A stretch of DNA of 50,667 bases from Scyliorhinus canicula. Its lineage: Eukaryota. This document shows, piece after piece, positions 10,684 through 21,600 of this stretch (position 1 is its first letter; each line of letters begins with the position of its first letter). The translations under genes were made by a program, and so were the position numbers. The notes below the pieces were generated by a model, which made no database searches, was not told the origin of the DNA, and was given only the letters and a program-made list of their open reading frames with translations. The stretch covers positions 87,398,236-87,448,902 of the forward strand of contig NC_052161.1 of the NCBI RefSeq assembly GCF_902713615.1. The letters run 5' to 3'.

Positions 10684-13600
10684 TGATATGCCATCAGTGA
10701 ACACACGACGAATGGTGAACGTAACTGAGGCTTTAATACGCCAAACAGAAAGCCTCATGGCCTCTGATCCCGAACTGGGTCAGACACGGAGACCAGCCAC
10801 CTTTATACCGAGCCCAAGGGGAGGCGGGGCTATTGGGCAGTGGTTTACTACATTACATGTAATAGTGGCCATTTACCACAATAGACATATTACAGTGGTT
10901 TACCACATTCACCCCCTGTTAAAAAAAAAAGAGTCCAGCAGGGGTGAATTGGGCTTAAAGATCAAGTCTGTCGGGGGACTTGACCTTCCGCCGTGATCGC
11001 CTCAGTCCCGGCTGTGGTGTGGGCACCGGTGTCGAAACCTGCGTGTCCGGGAGCATGTTGCCCTCTTCTTCACCCAGTTGCTGAGTCGGTGGAGCGGGGG
11101 ACGGGGGGGCGGTGTATGGGTGGGGATGGTGGTGATGGTTGCTGGGGAACCTGCAGGTGCCAAATCCCGAAGGGAGACTGTGTCCTGTCGCCCGTCAGAT
11201 GTGCCACGGAGGCATATTGTGGATTGGCATGGAGGAGCAGGACCTTCTCGACGTGGTGATCTGATTCATGGCTCCTCGCATGCTTCCGGAGGAGGGCGGG
11301 CCCTGGGACTGTCTGCCAGGACGGGAGCGAGACTCCGGAGGTATACTCCCTAGGGAAGGCAAACATACGCTCATGACGAGTCTCATTGGTGGCAGTACAC
11401 AGGAGCGACCGGATGGAGTGGACTGCATCAGGGAGGACCTCCTGCCAGCAGGAGACTGGGAGACTTCTAGACCGTAGGTCCAGGAGGACGGCCTTCCAGA
11501 CCGTCACGTCTCCCTCTCCACCTGTCAGTTGCCCTGAGGGTTGTAGCTGGTCGTCCTGCTGGAGGCGATGCCCTTGCTCAGCAGGAACTGATGCAACTCG
11601 TCGCTCATGAAGGAGGAACCCCGATCGCTATGGATGTATGTGGGGAACCCGAACAAGGTGAAAAGACTGGTCTGGGCCTTGGTGGCGGTGGCAGAGGTCA
11701 TGTCAGGGCATGGGATGGCAAAGGGGAATCTTGAGTACTCGTCAACAATGTTGAGGAAGTACACGTAACGATCAGTGGAAGGAAGGGGCCCTTTGAAATC
11801 GATGCTGGGGTGCTCAAAGGGGCGGGAGGCCTTTACCAGGTGCACTCTGGCCGATAGAAGTGCAGTTTGCACCCCGTGCAGACCTGGCAGTCCCTGGTCA
11901 CGGTCCTGACCTCCTCGATGGAGTAAGGCAGGTTGCGAGCGTTGATAAAGTGAAAAAAACGGGTGACCCCCGGGTGACAGAGGTCATTGTGGAGAGCCCG
12001 GAGTCAGTCACCTTGTGCGCCGGCACATGTGCCATGGGATAGGGCATCTGGGGGCTCATTGAGCTTCCTCGGTTGGTACAAGATCTCATAGTCGTAGGTG
12101 GAGAGCTCGATCCTCCACCTCAGAATCTTGTCGTTCTTGATCTTGCCCCGCTGTGTATTGTTAAACATGAAGGCAACCGACCGTTGGTCAGTGAGGAGAG
12201 TGAATCACCTGCCGGCCAGGTAATGCCTCCAATGTCGCACAGCTTCTACAATGGCTTGGGCTTCCTTTTCGACGGAGGAGTGTCGAATTTCGGAGGCATG
12301 GAGGGTACGGGAGAAGAAAGCCACGGGCCTGCCCGCCTGGTTGACGGTAGCGGTCAGAGCAAAGTCCGACGCATCGCTCTCCACCTGGAATGGAATGGAC
12401 TCGTCCACAGCGTGCATCACGGCTTTGGCAATATCTGCCCAGGGGAAAAATGGTGGATTTAATAAGTGGACGGGCCTTGTTCGCATAATTGGGGACCCAC
12501 TGGGCATAGTAGGAGAAGAACCCCAGGCATCTCTTCAGGGCCTTGGGGCAGTGGGGGAGGGGGAGTTCCAGGAGGGGGCACATCCGGTCGGTGTCGGGCC
12601 GTCGGACTCCGTGTTCCACAACGTAGCCAAGGATGGCTCGGCGGGTTGTACGCAAAACACATTTTTCCTTATTGTAAGTGAGGTACAGGAGTTGAGCGGT
12701 GTGGAGGAAGTGTCGGAGGTTTTCGTCATGGTCCTGCTGGTCATGCCACAGATGGTGACATTATCTATGGACGGGAATGTGGCCCGCAGTCCGTACTGGT
12801 CAACCATCCGGTACATTTCTCATTGGAAGACCGAGATCCCATTGGTGACGCCGAAGGGAACCCTGAGGAAGTGGTAGAGGCGGCCATCTGTCGCGAAGGC
12901 AGTGTATTGGCGGTCCTCCGGCCGGAGAGGGAGCTGGTGGTATGCAGACTTCAAGTCAACTGTGGAGAAGACTCGATACTGCGCAATTTGATTGACCATG
13001 TCAGATATGCGGGGGAGGGGGTACTCATCGAGCTGTGTGTACCGGGTTATGGTCTGATTGTAGTCGATGACCAACCGGTGCTTCTCCCCAGTCTTGACGA
13101 CCAGCACTTGGGCTCTCCAGGGGCTGTTACTCGCCTCAATGACCCCATCTCGTAGGAGCCGCCAGACATTTGACCTGATAAAGGTCCTATCTCTGGCACT
13201 GTATCGCCTGCTCCTAGTAGCGACAGGCTTACAGTCCGGGGTGAGGTTAGCAAAGAGCGAGGGTGGGGCGACCTTAAGGGTCGCAAGGCTACAGACGGTG
13301 AGGGGAGGGCAGGGGTCCGCCAAACTTTAAAGTAATGCTTTGGAGGTGACACTGGAAGTTGAGCCCCAGTCATAGGGCAACACAGAGATGGGGAAGGACG
13401 TAGAGCTTAAAGTTAGTGTACTCTACGCCTTGTCCAGTAAGGGTCGCGACATAGTGCCCCCGGATTTCTACTTAATGTGATCTGGAAGCCAGGGTGATTT
13501 TCGGGGTCATTGGTGAGATTGGGAGGGAGCAGCGCCTTACCGTATCTGGGTGTATGAAGCTGTCTGTGCTCCTTGAGTTGTAAAGGCAGGCCGTCTCGTG

Positions 13601-14913
13601 CCCGTTGATCCGGGCAGTAATCGTAGATTTTGCAAGGTGATGAGGCTGTGACTGGTCGAGCGTGATGGAGGCGAGCTTCAGAAGGTGATGGGCAGGCCGG
13701 TCGGAGGTAGCGACGGCCAACGTACGACCGGGTGAGCAGGGCTCCCGGGAAGCTGCAGAGTGGTCCCAAGGTGGCGGCTCCCATGGGTCGCGCGTGGTGG
13801 GCAAAATCGAAGATGGCAGCGTCCACGGGTCGCACATGGCGGGTGGCGCGGCAGCTGGGGGCGGCCCTGACAGGCAGCAGGCTGCACTGTGGGGCCTCGG
13901 AGTTTTTGGGAGAGATCGGGCCTGGCAGGCTTTCGCAAAGTGGCCCTTCCTCCCACACCCGTTGCAGGTCGTGTTCCGTGCAGGGCAGCGTTGTCCGGGA
14001 TGATTACCCTGGCTGCAAAAGTAGCACTTCGGGCTTCTGGCATTGGCGGGCTGCAGCGTGGCACAGGCTTGCGCCACACTCGAGTCGGCTGATGGCGGCG
14101 CCCACAAGGTTCACGAGGGTGCCGCACGGTCGGAGGCGTAGGCCTCCATGTTCTGGTAGGCCACCTCCAGTGGGTTTGAGAGTTGCACTGTCTCTGGGAC
14201 GCCGAGCGTACTCCCTTCTAGCAATCGCTGGCGGATGTAGTTTGATTTCATGCCTGCGACATAGGCGTCCCTGACCAACAGCTCCGTGTGTTGGGTAGCC
14301 GATACCGCCTGGCATCATAGTTCCGGCAGAGTACCTGCAGGAATTTTGCTAGTGATTCCCCAGGGCATTGTCGTCTCGTGGCAAGAAGGTGCCTAGCACA
14401 CACCTCGTTCACAGTCTTAACATCGTGTACCTTCAGCAGCATTATCGCCTCCGTATACGAGGGGGCGTCCCTGATGAGAAGAAAGACTTGCGGCCCACCC
14501 TTGCGTGGAGGATCTGCTTCTTTTGGAGGTCGGTGAAGTCTTCGGTGAAGGATCCGAGGTACGCTTCGAAGCAGCTTAGCCAGTACTTGAATGTTGCAGT
14601 GGTGTCGGCTGCCTGTGGGTCCAGCCCCAGGCGATCAGGCTTGAGCGATGAATTCATCTTAGATGTTTAGTTTATTAAATTGATATGCCATCAATGAACA
14701 CATGACGAGTGGTGAACGTAACTGAGGCTTTAATACACTCAATAGAAAGCCTCCTGGCCTCGGATCCCGAACTGCATCAGAGGCGGAGTCCAGCCACCTT
14801 TATACCGAGCCCGAGGGGCGGCGGAGCCAGGGGGCAGTAGTTTATCACATTACATGTAACATAGTAGTAGTTTACCACAATACACATATTATATACTACA
14901 GTGGTTTACCACA
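10684..14913 (-). mobile_element. Decayed full-length Ty3/Gypsy LTR retrotransposon (4230 bp, possibly Mag-like)
   Basis: TG..CA LTRs at 10684-10907 and 14681-14913; minus-strand order gag (two CCHC knuckles CYFC..H...C and CNGC..GH...C), protease, RT (SPWRAQVL, YPLPRI, DLKSAYHQ), RNase H (DASD, RPVAFFSR), integrase (SIDFKGP, HSDRG, YNPQGN); several frameshifts; TSD CTGAG/CTGCG. Confidence 0.95.
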
Positions 14914-15747
14914 CTGCGAGACACCAGTCAATTTGCAGATATCTCCCTGGCAGAGAGAGAGAGGACTGAGAGATACCAGTCAGTGTACAGATATCTCCCT
15001 GAGAGAGAGAGGGGACTGAGAGACACCAGTCAGTGTACAGATATCTCCCTGAGAGAGAGAGAGGACTGAGAGACACCAGTCAGTGTACAGATATCTCCCT
15101 GAGAGAGAGATAGGACTGAGAGACACCAGTCAGTGTACAGATATCTCACTGAGAGAGAGAGGACTGAGAGATACCAGTCAGTGTACAGATATCTCCCTGA
15201 GAGACACCAGTCAGTGTACAGATATCTCCCTGAGAGGGGGTGAGGACTGAGAAACACCAGTCAGTGTACAGATAACTCCCTGAGAGAGAGAGAGAGAGAG
15301 GGTACTGAGAGACACCAGTCAGTGTACAGATATCTCCCTGAGAGGGGGTGAGGACTGAGAAACACCAGTCAGTGTACAGATAACTCCCTGAGAGAGAGAG
15401 AGAGAGAGAGGGTACTGAGAGACACCAGTCAGTGTACAGATATCTCCCTGAGAGGGGGTGAGGACTGAGAAACACCAGTCAGTGTACAGATATCTCCCTG
15501 AGAGAGTGAGGGTACTGAGAGACACCAGTCAGTGTACAGATATCTCCCTGAGAGAGAGAGAGGGGACTGAGAGACACCAGTCAGTGTACAGATATCTCCC
15601 TGAGAGAGGGGATTGAGAGACACCAGTCAGTGAACAGATATCTCCCTGAGAGAGAGGGACTGAGAGACACCAGTCAGTGTACAGATATCTCCCTGAGTGA
15701 AGGATAGAGAGAGAGGGTTAATACTGTTATACTCTATTAATTTTCAG

Positions 15748-16077
15748 AGCCTCCCAGAGTCACGCTGACACCAGAGTTGCTGTACTTTCACCATGGAATG
15801 CGCGAGAGCCTGACCTGTCAGATTTCACGATACTACCCGCTCGATGTGACTGTGTCGTGGTCGGTGCGGACTGAGGGGGACGACTTGGACCCCGTTCCGC
15901 TGTCCGGTGTCTCTTACTCCAGCCATCGCAAGAACAAGGATGGGACGTACAACATCTCATCGCAGGTCACCATCACACCCGACCTCCCGGAGCCTGCGTC
16001 TGTTTATACATGCGAGGTGGCCCACATCGCCCTCGCGGAGCCTATCCACGTTTCTGTACAACTTCAAAGGCCCATAG
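15748..16077 (+). CDS. TAPBPL: TAPBPL exon 5 (IgC1 domain)
   Basis: ttttcag| acceptor, G|gtacac donor, 330 nt, phase 1-1; PPRVTL...LTCQISRYYPLDVTVSW...DGTYNISS...YTCEVAH is a C1-set signature. Confidence 0.96.
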
Positions 16078-16104
16078 GTACACATTAATCACCCTATTCC
16101 TCCT

Positions 16105-17750
16105 TCCCTCCGATAGGGGAAGGGGCTGCCTGGTGCGTGTAACTGGGAAGAGGTGGGTGAGAGGGTTAATCCCTCCTCCGATAGGGGAAGGGGCTGCCTG
16201 GTGTGTGTAACTGGGAGGAGGTGGGTGAGAGGGTTAACACCCCCTCCGAAAGGGGAAGGGGCTGCCTGGTGTGTGTAACTGGGAGGAGGTGGGTGAGAGG
16301 GTTAATCCCCCCTCCGATAGGGAAAGGGGCTGCCTGGTGTGTGTAACTGGGAGGAGGTGGGTGAGGGGGTTAATCCCCACTCCCTCCGATAGGGGAAGGG
16401 GCTGCCTGGTGTGTGTAACTGGGAGGAGGTGGGTGAGGGGGTTAATCCCCACTCCCTCCAATAGGGGAAGGGGGTGCCTGGTGTGTGTAACTGGGAGGAG
16501 GTGGGTGAGTGGGTTAATCCCCCTCCGATAGGGGAAGGGGCTGCCTGGTGTGTGTAACTGGGAGGAGGTGGGTGAGAGAGTTAATCCCCCTCCGATAGGG
16601 GAAGGGGCTGCCTGGTGTGTGTAACTGGGAGGAGGTGGGTGAGAGGGTTAATCCCCCTCCGATAGGGGAAGGGGCTGCTTGGTGTGTGTAACTGGGAGGA
16701 GGTGGGTGAGATGGTTAATCCCCCCCTCCCTCCGATAGGGGAAGGGGCTGCCTGGTGCGTATAACTGGGAGGAGGTGGGTAAGAGGGTTAATCCCCCTCC
16801 GACAGGGGAAGGGGCTGCCTTGTGTGTGTAACTGGGAGGAGGTGGGTGAGGGGGTTAATCCCCACTCCCTCCGATAGGGGAAGGGTCTGCCTGGTGTGTG
16901 TAACTGGGAGGAGGTGGGTAAGAGGGTTAATCCCCCTCCGACAGGGGAAGGGGCTGCCTGGTGTGTGTAACTGGGAGGAGGGGGTGAGAAGGTTAATCCC
17001 CCTCCCTCCGATAGGGGAAGGGGCTGCCTGGTGTGTGTAACTGGGAGGAGGTGGGTGAGAGGGTTAATCCCCCTCCGATAGGGGATCGGGCTGCCTGGTG
17101 TGTGTAACTGGGAGGAGGTGGATGGGAGGGTTAATCCCCCTCCGATAGGGGAAGGGGCTGCCTGGTGTGTGTAACTGGGAGGAGGGGTGAGAGGGTTAAT
17201 GCCCCTCCGATAGGGGAAGGGGCTGCCTGGTGTCTGTAACTGGGAGGAGGTGGGTGAGGGGGTTAATCCTCACTCCCTCCGATAGGGGAACGGGCTGCCT
17301 GGTGTGTGTAACTGGGAGGAGGGGGTGAGAGGGTTAATCCCCCCTCCGATAGGGGAAGGGGCTGCCTGGTGTGTGTAACTGGGAGGAGGTGGGTGAGAGG
17401 GTTAATCCCCCTCCCTCCGATAGGGGAAGGGGCTGCCTGGTGTGTGTAACTGGGAGGAGGTGGGTGAGAGGGTTAATCCCCCTCCGATAGGGGAAGGGGC
17501 TGCCTGGTGTGTGTAACTGGGAGGAGGTGTGTGAGAGGGTTAATCCCCCTCCGATAGGGGAAGGGGCTGCCTGGTGTGTGTAACTGGGAGGAGGTGGGTG
17601 AGGGGGTTAATCCCCCCTCCCTCCGATAGGGGAAGGGGCTGCCTGGTGTGTGTCAGTGGGAGGAGGTGGGTGAAAGGGTTAATCCCCCCTCCGATAGGGG
17701 AAGGGGCTGCCTGGTGTGTGTAACTGGGAGGAGGTGGGTGAGAGGGTTAA
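16105..17750. repeat. Minisatellite, ~66-72-bp unit, ~24 copies (intron 5)
   Basis: Unit GATAGGGGAAGGGGCTGCCTGGTGTGTGTAACTGGGAGGAGGTGGGTGAGAGGGTTAATCCCCCTCC. Confidence 0.96.
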
Positions 17751-18015
17751 TGATCTCTCTGGTGGGCATTGAGGGGGACGAGGGTAGTGGGGATGGCAGA
17801 GTTCTCTTACCCTGAGCTAGATTTATGGCCGAACTGTGAGTGGGGGGGGGGGGGGAGGGCTGCAGAGAGTTGAACCCCCTCGCCCAGGGATGACTGGACA
17901 GATGTGGGGGAGGGGATCGCGAGGGAGTTTGATCAGGGCCTTGTAAATAATAATATTTTCCAACAGGCCCTTCAGCCCATTTCTTATCTCTCAATCTTCC
18001 CTTTGCACCTTACAG

Positions 18016-18120
18016 GTGAGGAAGAGGGTATCCTGTTTTCGATATCTGGGATTGTTATCTCCTCAATTCTATTCCTCCTGGCCCTCGTACATTTCTGTCG
18101 ACGCACTCCGAGACCTGCCG
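18016..18120 (+). CDS. TAPBPL: TAPBPL exon 6 (transmembrane segment plus start of cytoplasmic tail)
   Basis: ttacag| acceptor, G|gtaagg donor, 105 nt, phase 1-1; GILFSISGIVISSILFLLALVHFCRR, where SSILFLLAL resembles TAPBPR ASSLFLLAL; no intramembrane Lys as in tapasin. Confidence 0.9.
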
Positions 18121-18225
18121 GTAAGGAATCTCTCACATGACACTTGCCCCGTCGTGAGCATGATGGGATAACGATTGAGGTCTCCAAATTCAACCCATTT
18201 CACCTCTCCCTCTCGCTTCTTGCAG

Positions 18226-18248
18226 GGCCCACAGATGGGACACGATAG
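18226..18248 (+). CDS. TAPBPL: TAPBPL exon 7 coding part (GPTDGTR-stop as assembled)
   Basis: Long pyrimidine tract plus tgcag| at 18223-25; phase-1 reading hits TAG at 18246-48; consensus donor AAG|gtgagt after 18254. The frame of this exon is uncertain (see findings). Confidence 0.55.
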
Positions 18249-18442
18249 GAAAAGGTGAGTCTTCTTCTGCTCCCCAACGAATGTGCCATGACGTGCAAAA
18301 TTGCTGCTGCTAGGCCCGGAAACCTGCCCCTCAAATTAATGCTGTCCTCTTTGCCTTGTGGCTTCCTCACCCATTTGTACCCACTGACACATCCAGTCAT
18401 TGAGACTCCCTCATGACACATCCATTCCTACTCTGTTGACAG

Positions 18443-18612
18443 GGATACTGCTGTCATGGTTGTTCCGGGCGGGTCCCGGTGCAGCCAGGTACGCCAGGGA
18501 GACGACCCACCGTGAAGTGGAGGCGCCGAGGCTCCAGGGCTCCGGGCTCTTTCCGCATTCTGAGCTGAGTTTGGTCGTTGGATCCCTGAACACTCCCATT
18601 GAAGACTTCTAA
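18443..18612 (+). other. Candidate terminal exon 8 of TAPBPL (3'UTR or extended tail)
   Basis: Acceptor ctctgttgacag| at 18441-42 follows the donor at 18255; unique GC-rich sequence running into the 36-bp array. The 3' end is unknown. Confidence 0.4.
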
Positions 18613-21600
18613 TCCCTAAACTCTCTCCATCGAAGATCATCCCTCTAATCCCCAAACTCTCTCCATCGAACACCATCCCTCTAATCCCCAAACACTGTCT
18701 CCATCGAAGACCAACCCTCTAATCCCCAAACTCACTCCATCGAAGACCATCCCTCTAATCCCCAAACACTGTCTCCATCGAAGACCAACCCTCTCATCCC
18801 CAAACATTCTCCATCGAAGACCATCCCTCTCATCCCCAAACATTCTCCATCGAAGACCAACCCTCTCATCCCCAAACATTCTCCATCGAAGACCATCCCT
18901 CTAATCCCCAAACACCATCCATCGAAGACCATCCCTCTAATCCCCAAACTCCCTCCATTGAACACTGCCCCTCTAATCCCCAAACATTCTCCATCGAAGA
19001 CCATCCCTCTAATCCCCAAACATTCTCCATCGAAGACCATCCCTCTCATCCCCAAACATTCTCCATCGAAGACCAACCCTCTCATCCCCAAACATTCTCC
19101 ATCGAAGACCATCCCTCTAATCCCCAAACACCATCCATCGAAGACCATCCCTCTAATCCCCAAACATTCTCCATCGAAGACCATCCCTCTAATCCCCAAA
19201 CACCCTCCATCGAAGACCATCCCTCTAATCCCCAAACACTGTCTCCATCGAAGACCAACCCTCTAATCCCCAAACTCACTCCATCGAAGACCATCCCTCT
19301 AATCCCCAAACACTGTCTCCATCGAAGACCAACCCTCTCATCCCCAAACATTCTCCATCGAAGACCATCCCTCTCATCCCCAAACATTCTCCATCGAAGA
19401 CCAACCCTCTCATCCCCAAACATTCTCCATCGAAGACCATCCCTCTAATCCCCAAACACCATCCATCGAAGACCATCCCTCTAATCCCCAAACTCCCTCC
19501 ATTGAACACCGCACCTCTAATCCCCAAACATTCTCCATCGAAGACCATCCCTCTAATCCCCTAACTCTCCCATCGAAGACCATCCCTCTAATCCCCAAAC
19601 ATTCTCCATCGAAGACCATCCCTCTAATCCCCAAACATTCTCCATCGAAGACCATCCCTCTAATACCCAAACACTGTCTCCATCGAAGACCATCCCTCTA
19701 ATGCCCAAACATTCTCCATCGAAGACCATCCCTCTAATCCCCAAACACTGTCTCCATCGAACACCATCCCTCTAATCCCCAGACATCCTCCATCGAAGAC
19801 CATCCCTCTAATCCACAAACTCCCTCCATTGAACACCGCCCCTCTAATCCCCAAACATTCTCCATCGAAGACCATCCCTCTAATCCCCTAACTCTCCCAT
19901 CGAAGACCATCCCTCTAATCCCCAAACATTCTCCATCGAACACCATCCCTCTAATCCCCAGACATCCTCCATCGAAGACCATCCCTCTAATCCCCAATCA
20001 TTCTCCATCGAACACCATCCCTCTAATCCCCAAACACCCTCCATCGAAGACCATCCCTCTAATCCCCAAACACTGTCTCCATTGAAGACCATCCCTCTAA
20101 TCCCCAAACACCCTCCATCGAAGACCATCCCTCTAATCCCCAAACACTGTCTCCATCGAAGACCATCCCTCTAATCCCCAAACACTGTCTCCATCGAAGA
20201 CCATCCCTCTAATCCCCAAACATTCTCCATCGAAGACCATCCCTCTAATCCCCAAACATTCTCCATTGAAGACCATCCCTCTAATCCCCAAACACTGTCT
20301 CCATCGAAGACCATCCCTCTAATCCCCTAACTCGCCCATCGAAGACCATCCCTCTAATCCCCAAACATTCTCCATCGAAGACCATCCCTCTAATCCCCAA
20401 ACATTCTCCATCGAAGACCATCCCTCTAATCCCCAATCATTCTCCATCGAAGACCATCCCTCTAATCCCCAAAGTCTCTCCATCGAAGACCATCCCTCTA
20501 ATCCACAAATTCACTCCATCGAAGACCATCCCTCTAATCCCCAAACTTTCTCCATCGAAGACCATCCCTCTAATCCCCAAACACTGTCTCCATCGAAGAC
20601 CATCCCTCTAATCCCCAAACATTCTCCATCGAAGACCATCCCTCTAATCCCCAAACACTGTCTCCATCGAAGACCATCCCTCTAATTCCCAAACTCTCTC
20701 CATCGAAGACCATCCCTCTAATCCCCAAACACTGTCTCCATCGAAGACCATCCCTCTAATCCCCAAACACTGTCTCCATTGAAGACCATCCCTCTAATCC
20801 CCAAACACCCTCCATCGAAGACCATCCCTCTAATCCCCAAACACTGTCTCCATCGAAGACCATCCCTCTAATCCCCAAACATTCTCCATCGAAGACCATC
20901 CCTCTAATCCCCAATCATTCTCCATCGAAGACCATCCCTCTAATCCCCAAAGTCTCTCCATCGAAGACCATCCCTCTAATCCACAAATTCACTCCATCGA
21001 AGACCATCCCTCTAATCCCCAAACTTTCTCCATCGAAGACCATCCCTCTAATCCCCTAACTCTCCCATCGAAGACCATCCCTCTAATCCCCAAACATTCT
21101 CCATCGAACACCATCCCTCTAATCCCCAGACATCCTCCATCGAAGACCATCCCTCTAATCCACAAACTCCCTCCATTGAACACCGCCCCTCTAATCCCCA
21201 AACATTCTCCATCGAAGACCATCCCTCTAATCCCCTAACTCTCCCATCGAAGACCATCCCTCTAATCCCCAAACATTCTCCATCGAACACCATCCCTCTA
21301 ATCCCCAGACATCCTCCATCGAAGACCATCCCTCTAATCCCCAATCATTCTCCATCGAACACCATCCCTCTAATCCCCAAACACCCTCCATCGAAGACCA
21401 TCCCTCTAATCCCCAAACACTGTCTCCATTGAAGACCATCCCTCTAATCCCCAAACACCCTCCATCGAAGACCATCTCTCTAATCCCCAAACACTGTCTC
21501 CATCGAAGACCATCCCTCTAATCCCCAAACACTGTCTCCATCGAAGACCATCCCTCTAATCCCCAAACATTCTCCATCGAAGACCATCCCTCTAATCCCC

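Larger units (their letters stand above)
8039..15700. repeat. Minisatellite, ~50-bp unit with variable (GA)n (intron 4), interrupted by a SINE and an LTR element
   Basis: Unit GACTGAGAGACACCAGTCAGTGTACAGATATCTCCCTGAGAGAGAGAGGG, present at 8039-9465, 9639-10683 and 14914-15700. Confidence 0.96.

Noticed and set aside
17955-18015. Alternative acceptor ttccaacag| at about 17965 giving a soluble isoform
   Set aside because: It adds 50 nt, shifts the frame to a stop well upstream of later junctions (likely NMD), and there is no transcript evidence.
207-18248. Calling the gene tapasin (TAPBP)
   Set aside because: It has DVVLDC, LLHADC..EVTCEIS, both IgV cysteines and a TAPBPR-like TM without Lys, and lacks a KKxx tail. 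These fit TAPBPL/TAPBPR better.
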